The notes under the pieces: model-generated | What the model was told of the DNA's origin: nothing | Databases searched by the model: none | What the model saw: the letters and a program-made list of their open reading frames with translations, nothing else | Position numbers and translations under genes: made by a program | Part shown: one piece after another, positions 19,867 through 28,649 of the stretch | Layout of the letters: every line of letters begins with the position of its first letter | Position numbering within the stretch: position 1 is the first letter of the stretch | Assembly: GCA_902788365.1 (NCBI GenBank) | Contig: CADAJN010000001.1 | Coordinates: forward strand, 90,020 to 154,019 | Origin: an uncultured Pseudomonadota bacterium | GTDB lineage: Bacteria > Pseudomonadota > Alphaproteobacteria > RF32 > CAG-239 | Direction of reading: 5' to 3' | Length of the DNA stretch: 64,000 bases

Positions 19867-19967
19867 ATTTAGACCGCAAAAAAATATTTTTCAAGTATAA
19901 ATATCAGATTTGGCGGCACAAAAGAGCTTATTTGGTCTCCCGCGTGCAAAAATTTAGATTGAAAGGT

Positions 19968-20003
19968 TGACAAGCGTCGTATTTTCAGGTAGAAAATGCA
20001 AAG
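19968..20003 (+). promoter_or_regulatory. Sigma70-like promoter (TTGACA-17-TAGAAA) driving the tRNA-Arg repeat array
   Basis: TTGACA at 19968..19973 with a 17-nt spacer and a -10-like TAGAAAAT. A related TTGCAA...ATAATG element recurs before each following unit. Confidence 0.4.
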
Positions 20004-20009
20004 AATTAT

Positions 20010-20202
20010 GTATCCGTAGCTCAATTGGATAGCCGGAGCGAAAAAAACAACCTCAAAATGTTGTTTTTTGACGACGGGCGAAAGCCTCTTAATGAGCAAA
20101 AGCGACAGCTTGTGCGAATTTAGTGGATGAGTGACCGAAGCAATGTGCTAACATTGCAAGAAGTCGGCCTCTGAGCAGCCATAATGAGCATTATATTTTT
20201 AT
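20010..20202 (+). repeat. Unit A1: 193-bp unit beginning with tRNA-Arg nt 1-24, then non-tRNA sequence and a promoter-like element
   Basis: GTATCCGTAGCTCAATTGGATAG is identical to the 5' end of the intact tRNA at 20396. About 90% identical to A2. Confidence 0.85.
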
Positions 20203-20395
20203 GTATCCGTAGCTCAATTGGATAGCCGGAGCGAAAAAAACAACCTCTAAATGTTGTTTTTCAGCGACGGGCGAAAGCTACTTAATAAGCCAAAGCGGCA
20301 GCTGTGGCGCATTTAGTAGCCGAGTGACCGAAACAATATGCTAACATTGCAAGAAGTCGGCCTCTGAGCAGCCATAATGAGCATTATATTTTTAT
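20203..20395 (+). repeat. Unit A2: second 193-bp copy
   Basis: Same architecture as A1; ends directly at the 5' end of the intact tRNA-Arg. Confidence 0.85.
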
Positions 20396-20472
20396 GTATC
20401 CGTAGCTCAATTGGATAGAGTGTCGGCCTCCGACGCCGAAGGTTGCGAGTTCGAGCCTCGCCGGATACGCCA
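20396..20472 (+). tRNA. tRNA-Arg (anticodon CCG), CCA encoded
   Basis: Cloverleaf by eye: acceptor GTATCCG/CGGATAC, anticodon stem TCGGC/GCCGA, loop CTCCGAC (U33-CCG-A37), T-arm GCGAG-TTCGAGC-CTCGC, discriminator G, CCA. Confidence 0.85.
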
Positions 20473-20710
20473 TAAAAAACAAAAACAGACTTTCCTTTAT
20501 GGAATGTCTGTTTTCTGTTATTGATGCTCTTGGTTGCTCGTTCTCTGGCTTCGTAAGCTCGCGCTTGTTGCGCTTGCTAACTGCGCTGCGGGCACTGGCC
20601 TACTAAGTTTGCCTCCACTGCCGTGTCGGCTCACCAAGTAGTCTGCGCCTGTCGTTACAAAACAAGCATTAAGGCTTGTTTTGTTTCCTCCAGCCTCGCC
20701 GGATACGCCA
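20473..20710 (+). repeat. Unit B1: 238-bp unit ending with the 3'-terminal 20 nt of tRNA-Arg
   Basis: Contains a terminator-like hairpin (cagactttcc/ggaatgtctg + T-run) and a perfect 11-bp hairpin (acaaaacaagc/gcttgttttgt). Ends with cagcctcgccggatacgcca, which equals the tRNA 3' end. Confidence 0.85.
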
Positions 20711-20947
20711 TAAAAAACAAAAACAGACTTTCCTTTATGGAATGTCTGTTTTCTGTTATTGATGCTCTTGGTTGCTCGTTCTCTTGCTCCGTAAGCTCGC
20801 GCTTGTTGCGCTTGCTAACTGCGCTGCGGACACTGGCCTACTAAGTTTGCCTCCACTGCCGTGTCGGCTCACCAAGTAGTCTGTGCCTGTCGTTACAAAA
20901 CAAGCATTAAGGCTTGTTTTGTTTCCTCCAGCCTCGCCGGATACGCC
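20711..20947 (+). repeat. Unit B2: second copy of the 238-bp unit
   Basis: Near-identical to B1 with a few substitutions; also ends with ccagcctcgccggatacgcca. Confidence 0.85.
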
Positions 20948-20949
20948 AA

Positions 20950-20985
20950 CAAAAAGGCCGCTCTTTTGCGGCCATTTTTGTTGTT
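20950..20985. terminator. Bidirectional intrinsic terminator (ggccgc...gcggcc hairpin flanked by A/T runs)
   Basis: aaaaaggccgctcttttgcggccattttt lies between the repeat array and the convergent Gfo/Idh/MocA gene. Confidence 0.6.
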
Positions 20986-20997
20986 TTACAATTTTTC

Positions 20998-22023
20998 TTA
21001 CGCCACATGTGCTGTGGTATTAACTGTTGTCTGTCCGCTTTCCAAAAAACCGAGTTTTTCTTCAATTTCCCAAATCACGCGCAATGCTGCCAACGCCTGT
21101 TCGCCATTTACACGCGGTGTTGCTTCACCATTAACGCATTTTACAAAGTGGGTTAATTCGGCTTGCAATGGTTGATTCGTCGGAATAAACAACTGCTCCA
21201 CACTACCTTTTAAGCCGTAATTCATCCACTCCGGAATTTCTTCTTGGTTAACATACGGCATACGGCCTTGTGCATGCACGTTAATGCTTTGATTGATAAA
21301 GTCCAAATCAATATAGTTGGTATCGGTTGTCACCGTTAAAGTGCGCACACGCGATTGCGTAATGCGGCTGGCCGTGATGTTGGCCGTGGCGCCGTTTGCA
21401 AATTCCAACAATGCCGAAATATAATCTTTGCCTTGCGGGCTTTCCTTGGTTTTAACCGAAGCGGCCTGAACATTTATTACCGGTGATTGCACCAAAGACT
21501 GAATAACCTCCACATCATGAATCATCAAATCCATCGCCACATCAACATCTGTAATACGACCGCTGGCCGCCGACATACGTTGCGCCGTCAGCGAGCGAAT
21601 TTTTGAGGTATCCGACAACAATTTGCCCATTTGTTCCACTGCCGGATTAAAGCGTTCAATATGTCCGACCATTAAAACCACATTATTCTTTTTTGCGGCA
21701 TTGATCAGACGCATACAACCTTCTTCGGTGGTAGCCAGCGGCTTTTCCATCATGCAATGAATCCCGTGATTCATAAAAAATTCGCCAACATCGGCATGGG
21801 TGATTGACGTGGTTACAACACTAACCGCATCAACGTTTTTTGCAACTTCTTCTAAGGAAGAAAACGCTTTAATGCCAAATGTTTCGGCGGCTGCTTTTGC
21901 CGCATCGGATATCACATCATAAACGCCGACCAACTCAACGCCCTGCATATTTTTGTAGGTTTTAATATGGTTCTTGCCCATCATGCCGGCGCCAATAACC
22001 GCCACTTTAATTGTGTTTGTCAT
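20998..22023 (-). CDS. Gfo/Idh/MocA-family NAD(P)-dependent oxidoreductase
   Basis: Rossmann motif VAVIGAGMMGKNH; EKP motif (MMEKPLA). Confidence 0.8.
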   Translation of the reverse strand: MTNTIKVAVIGAGMMGKNHIKTYKNMQGVELVGVYDVISDAAKAAAETFGIKAFSSLEEVAKNVDAVSVVTTSITHADVGEFFMNHGIHCMMEKPLATTEEGCMRLINAAKKNNVVLMVGHIERFNPAVEQMGKLLSDTSKIRSLTAQRMSAASGRITDVDVAMDLMIHDVEVIQSLVQSPVINVQAASVKTKESPQGKDYISALLEFANGATANITASRITQSRVRTLTVTTDTNYIDLDFINQSINVHAQGRMPYVNQEEIPEWMNYGLKGSVEQLFIPTNQPLQAELTHFVKCVNGEATPRVNGEQALAALRVIWEIEEKLGFLESGQTTVNTTAHVA

Positions 22024-22119
22024 AAAAAAATCCTTTATTAGCTAATTAAAAGTTGTGTTATATATATCATATTTTAGGACGTTTGGCATTTAACATTATG
22101 TTACGAATTGTTACATTGT

Positions 22120-22155
22120 GGATAAACAAAAAACGGCTGATAAACAGCCGCCTTT
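22120..22155 (-). terminator. Intrinsic terminator after the pilin gene
   Basis: Minus strand: ggcggctgtttatcagccg followed by tttttt, directly after the stop at 22177. Confidence 0.6.
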
Positions 22156-22176
22156 GTTTTCTTGAGCTGTATATTT

Positions 22177-22773
22177 TTATCTGAAACCGAGATGAATGTT
22201 ACAATTTCCAGCCGAACACGCCGTGCCACATTCCGTTACGGCCGCGCCAATGGTTTTCTGATTGGTATTTAACGAACTGAGCGCCACATCTCCTGATGCC
22301 GCACCGATATTTATACCCATATAACCGCTTGATGCCGGTGAACCATAATTTGATGTGGCTAATTGAATGCACATTTTTTCCGACAAATTTTTGGCTGAAA
22401 CCACAAATAATACCGAATTTCCTACCCCATTATGAAATGCAGAATATACAACATCGTTACGATCTCTGAACTGCGCCGTTCCGTCCACAACTTCATAATC
22501 CATGCCTTCCGGATATGCCATGCCATAATGCAAATATTCGGTAAAAGAAGTGCAAGCGGCGGCACCGCATAAATCACCGGCACGATAATCACGTGCCACC
22601 GGACGCGCTTTGCGCGCCAAAGAAGTCAAATTATCCGTAGTTTCATTGATACGCTGATTTTCCTGCACTTTGGAAACAAGGCTGAAGCCACCGACGCTTA
22701 AAACACCGATAATCGCCAGCACTCCTAACATTTCTATCATTGAACGACCATTCTGATTAAATTTATTTTGCAT
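22177..22773 (-). CDS. Type IV pilin-like protein (prepilin N-terminal cleavage/methylation motif)
   Basis: ATG at 22773 with AAGGAGA RBS. Short leader MQNKFNQNG. Then RSMIEMLGVLAIIGVLSVGGF with Glu at +5 and a hydrophobic helix. C-terminal Cys pairs. The upstream in-frame extension in the ORF track is judged spurious. Confidence 0.7.
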   Translation of the reverse strand: MQNKFNQNGRSMIEMLGVLAIIGVLSVGGFSLVSKVQENQRINETTDNLTSLARKARPVARDYRAGDLCGAAACTSFTEYLHYGMAYPEGMDYEVVDGTAQFRDRNDVVYSAFHNGVGNSVLFVVSAKNLSEKMCIQLATSNYGSPASSGYMGINIGAASGDVALSSLNTNQKTIGAAVTECGTACSAGNCNIHLGFR

Positions 22774-22825
22774 TTTTATCTCCTTTATATATAGGGGAAG
22801 GGCTCCTAAACGGAGCCCCCTTTTG

Positions 22826-25198
22826 TTATTTTCTTTCTTTCGGCGCCATCTTTTCCGGTGCTTTTTGAACAACTTTAATTTGTTCCGTTACCGGTTTATA
22901 GATGGTTTGCTGCCACGGGCTTTCTTCTATGTATTCCTGACCACAGATACAAATACCCAAGCTGCGCAATGCCGTTTCGGTCGGAATAAATACATCCAAA
23001 CCGTCATTGGTTCTGATACCCGAATGGGCCATACCGTGAACCGAGCAATCTTGGTTAAACAATGCGCCGCCGACCGTTACGTTTTGAATAAATGTGTTCG
23101 CCAAAATTTCGGCCCCACGATCTTCGGTATAACGATAACCTTCAATACGGGCGCTGTTTTCAAGATAGTTTTCGCCATCTTTAAAGTCTTTGACATCAAG
23201 CAAGCCTAAGGTCAAAAAGCCGTTGCGGCCCACTTCCGGCAAAGTCAAATTCAGCGCGAGCGGCGTATATTCGGTGCTTTGATCCAGCATAAACAAAGCC
23301 GTATTTTTGCTCGGATTGAGGCGCACTGCAGTGGCGGTTAATTCGTCACCGCGAATGGTCTTAATCTTATAGGTGTTGTTATCTCTATCCACCAAATCGC
23401 CCGAGGTTAAAATGTAGCGATCCGAAATCAACAACCCCGCACCTTTGCGACCGTTTGGACTTTCAATTTGCACCACAGACGAACGCATGCGATAAACCGC
23501 TTCCGGGGTTAATTGCGAGCAGGTATTTGCCGCCGTAATGCACAAATTATCCAATGTCATCACTTCGCCGGTATCAATCCATGTATCATCAACCACCTGA
23601 CATTGACCGTCTTCGCGAACGTTACCGTTTTCATCAATGCACGATTCCACCACATCATGCGTTTCAATCACCGGTTCCGGCGCAACCTCAACAATCGGTT
23701 CGGCGCAAACACAACTCTTTTGCTCTACCCCGTAGATACTGCAGTCGTTATTCTGGCACACAAACATGTTGCTGACATAGCCACATTGGCCGGCTTCATC
23801 ACATACATATTGCTGACAAGTGCAATTCGGTTCCACCGGCGTCATAACCGGTATTTGGCACTGTCCCATATCCACACCCGGACGGCTGATTTCACAATTT
23901 TTCACTTGTTCATATTCTTTCAAATAGCCGCATTTAATCGGGTTTAATGCGCGTTCTTCTTCAACTAACGCATTGCGTTCGGCTGCCATGGTAATCGGGT
24001 CAACACGCATAGCCAATTGGTCTTCAAAACCTAATGCGGCACGCAAATTACTGGTAGCATCGGCAAAAGCGCGTTCAACAAGCTTCACTTCACCGTTTAC
24101 TTCACCCTGATAGAGTTCGCCGTAACCGGTAGTTTCACCTTGCCAATAAATTTTTGTTTTTGTTAGATTGGTTAAGCGCCAAACAACCGTCATTTCCGAG
24201 GTGCCGTGACGCAAATTATTCTTTTTAGCCTCATCCCAATCATATTCATCACATACATTCATGAAATAATCGGTAATTTCTGCTGTCAAAGCATATTCCG
24301 GCAACGGAGTCGGCATGGTTTGCAAGCATAAATCTTTCGGCATATCCATCACTTTATAGCAATCGCTGACCACTTCTTCAAATACCGTATTAAAGTTTAT
24401 GTTCTTTTCCAAAACACGACCACTGTTTAAGCGAGCTTCTTTGTTGAAACGACGGCAACCGAAAATACGGAAGCGATAATTACCGACATGATCGGTATAC
24501 GGAGCATCAACGCTCTTATTTTTAATGCGGAAGTCTACATGGTCAAGCGCAAGCGGCGCCAGTTGGCAGCAATTATGCTGCATGGCTTCATACACCACCG
24601 GCGTATAAGCAATGTAATTACGCACGGCCGGCGGCGCCATTACGATTTCCTGACGACGCATTTCGCATTTTTTGCACGGTCCCGGGAACAAACTGCCGTC
24701 TTTAGAACATGTTTTGCACGGCGCACCACCCAGCAAACTGCCGTCTTTAGAACATGTTTTGCACGGCTCACCGCCAAACAAACTGCCGTCCTTAGAACAT
24801 GTTTTGCACGGCGCACCGCCAAACAAGCTGCCGTCTTTGTCTTTTCTGCAATTCTCGCAAGGCGCACCGCCAAACAAACTGCCGTCACGGTCGTTTTTTA
24901 CCACTTCCTGAGTTGCGGCTTGTGCCACCGGTGACATTTCATAAGAGGTATATTGTTGCGGTGCATACGCCGGCACACTTTGGTATATTGCCATATTCGG
25001 CGGCAAATTCGTTACCTGCGGCACAGTCGGTTGCTGCGGCACACTCGGGCCGGCATAATGCACACCGTATGAGTGCGAATCACGATATGCGCCGGTCGGG
25101 GTATAATATCCCTCAGCCATTTGCGCAAAACATTCAGCCGCAACACCTGCTCCCATAACGGCGGCTAAAATATAGATTATTTGCTTTTGTTTGTTCAT
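22826..25198 (-). CDS. Large secreted Cys-rich protein: signal peptide, P/Q-rich linker, 5x ~15-aa repeats, Cys-rich middle, degenerate trypsin-like C-terminal domain
   Basis: Signal peptide MNKQKQIIYILAAVMGAGVAAECFAQ. Repeats DGSLFGGAPCKTCSK x5 encoded by 45-bp tandem DNA repeats. C-terminal region SPNGRKGAGLLISDRYILTSGDLV...GGALF resembles an S1/HtrA fold but lacks catalytic His and Ser. Confidence 0.6.
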   Translation of the reverse strand: MNKQKQIIYILAAVMGAGVAAECFAQMAEGYYTPTGAYRDSHSYGVHYAGPSVPQQPTVPQVTNLPPNMAIYQSVPAYAPQQYTSYEMSPVAQAATQEVVKNDRDGSLFGGAPCENCRKDKDGSLFGGAPCKTCSKDGSLFGGEPCKTCSKDGSLLGGAPCKTCSKDGSLFPGPCKKCEMRRQEIVMAPPAVRNYIAYTPVVYEAMQHNCCQLAPLALDHVDFRIKNKSVDAPYTDHVGNYRFRIFGCRRFNKEARLNSGRVLEKNINFNTVFEEVVSDCYKVMDMPKDLCLQTMPTPLPEYALTAEITDYFMNVCDEYDWDEAKKNNLRHGTSEMTVVWRLTNLTKTKIYWQGETTGYGELYQGEVNGEVKLVERAFADATSNLRAALGFEDQLAMRVDPITMAAERNALVEEERALNPIKCGYLKEYEQVKNCEISRPGVDMGQCQIPVMTPVEPNCTCQQYVCDEAGQCGYVSNMFVCQNNDCSIYGVEQKSCVCAEPIVEVAPEPVIETHDVVESCIDENGNVREDGQCQVVDDTWIDTGEVMTLDNLCITAANTCSQLTPEAVYRMRSSVVQIESPNGRKGAGLLISDRYILTSGDLVDRDNNTYKIKTIRGDELTATAVRLNPSKNTALFMLDQSTEYTPLALNLTLPEVGRNGFLTLGLLDVKDFKDGENYLENSARIEGYRYTEDRGAEILANTFIQNVTVGGALFNQDCSVHGMAHSGIRTNDGLDVFIPTETALRSLGICICGQEYIEESPWQQTIYKPVTEQIKVVQKAPEKMAPKERK
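24685..24895. repeat. In-frame 45-bp tandem repeat (4 full + 1 divergent copy) inside CDS 22826..25198
   Basis: aaactgccgtctttagaacatgttttgcacggcgcacc(a/g)ccaa recurs head-to-tail. It also produces spurious antisense ORFs. Confidence 0.85.
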
Positions 25199-25209
25199 TA
25201 TTATTTCTC

Positions 25210-26733
25210 CTAAACATGTTTGGACGGCATAACATATCTGTATGACAATGCCTCGGCTATGTGCATTTTAGACACATTTTTTTCATTTTGCAAGTCCGCA
25301 ATTGTTCTTGCCAGTTTTAAAGTGCGGTGATAAGCTCTGGCCGACAATTTCATTTTGTCGGCAAAAGCAATTAATAATTGTTTGGCATCATTGTCAAGCA
25401 CGGTTGCTTGTTCTAACGCCTCGCCTTTGAGTTGCGAATTGGTATATAAATCTTTATATCCCATTTTAATAAAACGTTCACGCATAACTTTGCGTGCCGC
25501 TATAACACGTTCTCTTATCACAGCCGAAGTCTCACCGCTTTTTGCTTCGGCAATATCCCACGGACTGACCGGCGGCACCTGAATATAAATATCAAATCTG
25601 TCCATCAGCGGGCCGGAAATTTTGCTTTGATATTCTTCAGCACATTTCGGCGCACGCGAACATTCTTGCCCGTCAACGCCCAAGTAACCGCACCGACAAG
25701 GATTCATCGCCGCAATCAGCTGAAAATTGGCCGGATATTTTGTATGACAATGCACGCGCGAAATTGTAACATAGCCGTTTTCCAGCGGTTGACGCAGGGC
25801 TTCCAACGTCGGCCGATTAAATTCCGGCAACTCGTCTAAAAACAATACGCCGTTATGGGCCAGCGAAATTTCACCCGGCACACCTTTGCGACCGCCACCG
25901 ATTAACGCCGGTGTTGATGCACTGTGGTGCGGATCACGATACGGGCGATCAAAACTTAAAGCGCCGTCTTTCAGCTCGCCGGCAATTGAATGAATCATAC
26001 AAGTTTCCAGTGCTTCCTCGGTGCTCAGCGGCGGCAAAATCGTCGTCATCCGCGCCGCCAACATAGATTTTCCGGCCCCCGGAGTGCCAACCATTAACAT
26101 ATTATGCCCGCCGGCCGCGGCAATTTCCATTGCGCGCTTGGCGGTTTCTTGACCTTTCACATCGGCCATATCTAAATTTGAGGTGCGGCTCGGTGCTTGT
26201 TTGGCTGTCGGCATCGGCAACTGTTGCACGCCTTTGAGGTGATTGACGAGAGAGAGCAAATTCGGTGCCGCCACAATATCTTTTAAGCCGGCCCAAACCG
26301 CTTCACTGCCCTGATTGGCCGGACATATCAACCCCATCTGCCGACGTGCGGCATGAATAGCCACCGGCAAAACACCGTTAACCGGCATAATCTGCCCGTC
26401 TAAGCCCAGTTCTCCGATAATCACATAATGGGCAATTTCTTCAGCCGGCACAATTCCCAAACCGGCCAGCAACGCCATAGCAATCGGCAAATCAAAGTGC
26501 GAACCTTCTTTAAGCAAATCGGCCGGCGCCAAGTTAATCGTAATGCGTTTGGCCGGCAGCTCAACCCCCATGGTGTTTAAGGCCGCACGCACGCGCTCTT
26601 TACTTTCGGCAATGGTTTTATCCGGCAGTCCCACAATCGTAAACGACGGCAAACCGGCGCAAATTTGCAGTTGCAAATCCACATCCAGTGTTGCCAATCC
26701 GTTAAAAGCTATGGTATTTACGCGTGCCAACAT
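25210..26733 (-). CDS. comM: YifB/ComM-family Mg-chelatase-like AAA+ ATPase
   Basis: N-terminal Lon-like domain; Walker A MLMVGTPGAGKSMLA; C-terminal ChlI region. Confidence 0.85.
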   Translation of the reverse strand: MLARVNTIAFNGLATLDVDLQLQICAGLPSFTIVGLPDKTIAESKERVRAALNTMGVELPAKRITINLAPADLLKEGSHFDLPIAMALLAGLGIVPAEEIAHYVIIGELGLDGQIMPVNGVLPVAIHAARRQMGLICPANQGSEAVWAGLKDIVAAPNLLSLVNHLKGVQQLPMPTAKQAPSRTSNLDMADVKGQETAKRAMEIAAAGGHNMLMVGTPGAGKSMLAARMTTILPPLSTEEALETCMIHSIAGELKDGALSFDRPYRDPHHSASTPALIGGGRKGVPGEISLAHNGVLFLDELPEFNRPTLEALRQPLENGYVTISRVHCHTKYPANFQLIAAMNPCRCGYLGVDGQECSRAPKCAEEYQSKISGPLMDRFDIYIQVPPVSPWDIAEAKSGETSAVIRERVIAARKVMRERFIKMGYKDLYTNSQLKGEALEQATVLDNDAKQLLIAFADKMKLSARAYHRTLKLARTIADLQNEKNVSKMHIAEALSYRYVMPSKHV

Positions 26734-26755
26734 TTTTTATTGCCCCGTTAAAATT

Positions 26756-27205
26756 CTACCATCTCGGAACCAATTCGCCTTCGCGCCAACGGCGTGTCGG
26801 ATAGGTCCCGCGCTTCAAAAAGTCTTGTTTGGCCGTTAAATACGGCACATCGCGCAAACGCGTATAGCACGAAGCCTCCAGCGTTTCCACGCATGAATCA
26901 ATTTCTTCTTCACTACCGCGACAATATGCCAAAACGCGCGTGTTCAAATTTTCCATAATCACTTGGTTCGGATAATATTTGTTATTCGGCACATCCGGAT
27001 AACCGCGGTCTATCGGCATCATTTCATATTCCACACAGCCCGGATAGGTGGACATACCGTCTTTGGTATATACCGCCACCGAAGTTTCGCGCCGACAATG
27101 CGGCGACATGCCATACATTTGCTCATTCGGATATTGTGCTTTGCCAACACAGCCGGTCAACAAAACCACGCTCAGCAAGCCTAAAATTTGATATATTTTC
27201 TTCAT
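26756..27205 (-). CDS. Hypothetical lipoprotein (149 aa, 6 Cys)
   Basis: Lipobox LLTGC after signal peptide. Confidence 0.55.
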   Translation of the reverse strand: MKKIYQILGLLSVVLLTGCVGKAQYPNEQMYGMSPHCRRETSVAVYTKDGMSTYPGCVEYEMMPIDRGYPDVPNNKYYPNQVIMENLNTRVLAYCRGSEEEIDSCVETLEASCYTRLRDVPYLTAKQDFLKRGTYPTRRWREGELVPRW

Positions 27206-27391
27206 GTTTCCTCAACACTTTGATACTATTTTGCCTGTAAAATACACTAAAAAGATTAAAATAATGTTTATAATCAAAGCATTTTTGGCACAACACGGAC
27301 ATAAAAAAACACTCCGATTGCCGCAAAAATTTCCCGCTGGAAAAATTTGTAACAACCGAAGTGTTTTTTTAGTTTATTCATCAAACTTTCT

Positions 27392-27682
27392 CTAAATTAG
27401 AACAATTAAAAGAAATAGTCCGATGAAGTAAAGTAACCACCAATCTTGATATAAGAGTTTGTGGTACAGATAGAGCCCAAAAAAGTCGCCGCAAAGGCTC
27501 AACTTTCCCGGATCTTCTTTTGTTAATGACGTGGCTACAAATATTATTGCAGTCATAATTAATGTCATTACAATCACAGGCATGTATTCACCTTGGGTCA
27601 TGACTATGCCAATGATCAAGGGTACAGCCAGGATCAGGGCGCGAAGCCACCAATCCATACTTAAAATTAAATTAACAATCAT
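27392..27682 (-). CDS. Hypothetical small membrane protein (96 aa)
   Basis: Three predicted TM helices; no recognisable motif. Confidence 0.4.
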   Translation of the reverse strand: MIVNLILSMDWWLRALILAVPLIIGIVMTQGEYMPVIVMTLIMTAIIFVATSLTKEDPGKLSLCGDFFGLYLYHKLLYQDWWLLYFIGLFLLIVLI

Positions 27683-27809
27683 GTGCGAAAAAAATTAAAA
27701 CCTCATTATGATGATGTTCTGATTTTTCCTTAGATACACGATTGATTTTCGCATAATAAGAAACAGAATGTTATACATAATGAGGTAGGTGAATTGCTTT
27801 TATTATAAG

Positions 27810-28649
27810 CTATTTTACCACTTTTGTCAACGCTAAATGCAAATAGTCTTCGGGAGTTAAATTTTCGGCGCGGGCGGTTAAATCTATGTTTGCGGCTTGG
27901 CAACAAGCTTCCAAATTCGGCAACGCTTTCAAACTTTGGCGAATCATTTTACGCCGCTGTCCAAACGCCAAAGCCGTAATTTTCTCCACGTTTTCAAGCA
28001 CTTGAGGCGTTACATCGGCACGCATTTGCGGCTCAAACAGTAACACGCTGGACCAAATTTTCGGTGCCGGCACAAAACACGTCGGTGGCAGATTAAACAG
28101 CGGTGTCACCTTGCTCGTCAGCTGTGCCAAAACCGAAAGCCGACCGTAATTTTTATGATTCGGCACGGCAACGATGCGCTCAGCCACTTCTTTTTGAAAC
28201 ATCAGTGTCAAACTGGCATAATGCGGCATATTTTTCAGCCAACCGGTCAACAGCGGCACCGAAATATTATATGGCAGATTGCTGATAATATTAACCGGCG
28301 TCGGCACCGCAGCAAAATCATACGCCAGTGCGTCGCCTTCCACAATTTCCATTTTTACCGTGCTTGCCGCTTTTAGTTCGCGCATAATTTCAATACAGCG
28401 CGAATCCATTTCAATTACCGTCAGTTTTTGCGGATCGGCCTCCAAAATCGCGCGGGTCAAACCGCCCGGCCCCGGCCCCACTTCAATCACATTTTCGCCG
28501 GCAAAATCAGCCTTATGTCGTGCCGCCAGTGATGAGCGCACAATCTTGCGCGTTATATTCATATCCAGCAGAAAATTTTGCCCCAGCGACTTTTTGGCCA
28601 ACAGCTCATATTTTTCTACCGTATCGCGTAAAGATGGAATTTCGGCCAT
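27810..28649 (-). CDS. rsmA: 16S rRNA (adenine1518/1519-N6)-dimethyltransferase RsmA/KsgA
   Basis: GQNFL motif, SAM-binding VIEVGPGPGGLT, NLPYNIS motif. Confidence 0.85.
   Translation of the reverse strand: MAEIPSLRDTVEKYELLAKKSLGQNFLLDMNITRKIVRSSLAARHKADFAGENVIEVGPGPGGLTRAILEADPQKLTVIEMDSRCIEIMRELKAASTVKMEIVEGDALAYDFAAVPTPVNIISNLPYNISVPLLTGWLKNMPHYASLTLMFQKEVAERIVAVPNHKNYGRLSVLAQLTSKVTPLFNLPPTCFVPAPKIWSSVLLFEPQMRADVTPQVLENVEKITALAFGQRRKMIRQSLKALPNLEACCQAANIDLTARAENLTPEDYLHLALTKVVK

Noticed and set aside
19990-20950. Possibility that the tandem units around tRNA-Arg are a CRISPR array
   Set aside because: Units are 193 and 238 bp long and near-identical along their whole length. There is no short repeat alternating with unique spacers, and no cas genes.
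19990-20950. Possibility that the tandem units around tRNA-Arg are a permuted two-piece tmRNA
   Set aside because: The 3'-fragment units carry only one strand of the T-stem, so they are not a tRNA-like acceptor piece, and no tag ORF is present.
20623-21175. ORFs 20623..20844 and 20861..21175 (MSAHQVVCACRYKTSIKACF...) in the ORF track
   Set aside because: They are read-through translations of the two near-identical 238-bp tandem repeat units downstream of tRNA-Arg. Their identical N-termini are a repeat artefact. The second one overlaps the convergent oxidoreductase gene.
22110-22130. Isolated DnaA-box-like 9-mer (TGTGGATAA) in the oxidoreductase/pilin intergenic region
   Set aside because: It is a single occurrence far from dnaA, with no cluster of boxes or AT-rich unwinding element.
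22773-22872. N-terminal extension MFKKHRKRWRRKKENNKRGLRLGALPLYIKEIK on the pilin ORF
   Set aside because: The internal ATG at 22773 has a strong AAGGAGA RBS and yields a canonical short prepilin leader. The extension overlaps the 3' end of the upstream gene and is probably not translated.
24488-25158. Several + strand ORFs (24488..24934, 24672..24911, 24799..25158) and one internal minus-strand ORF (24640..24888) with low-complexity repetitive products
   Set aside because: These are alternative-frame or antisense translations of the 45-bp tandem repeat inside the large minus-strand CDS 22826..25198.
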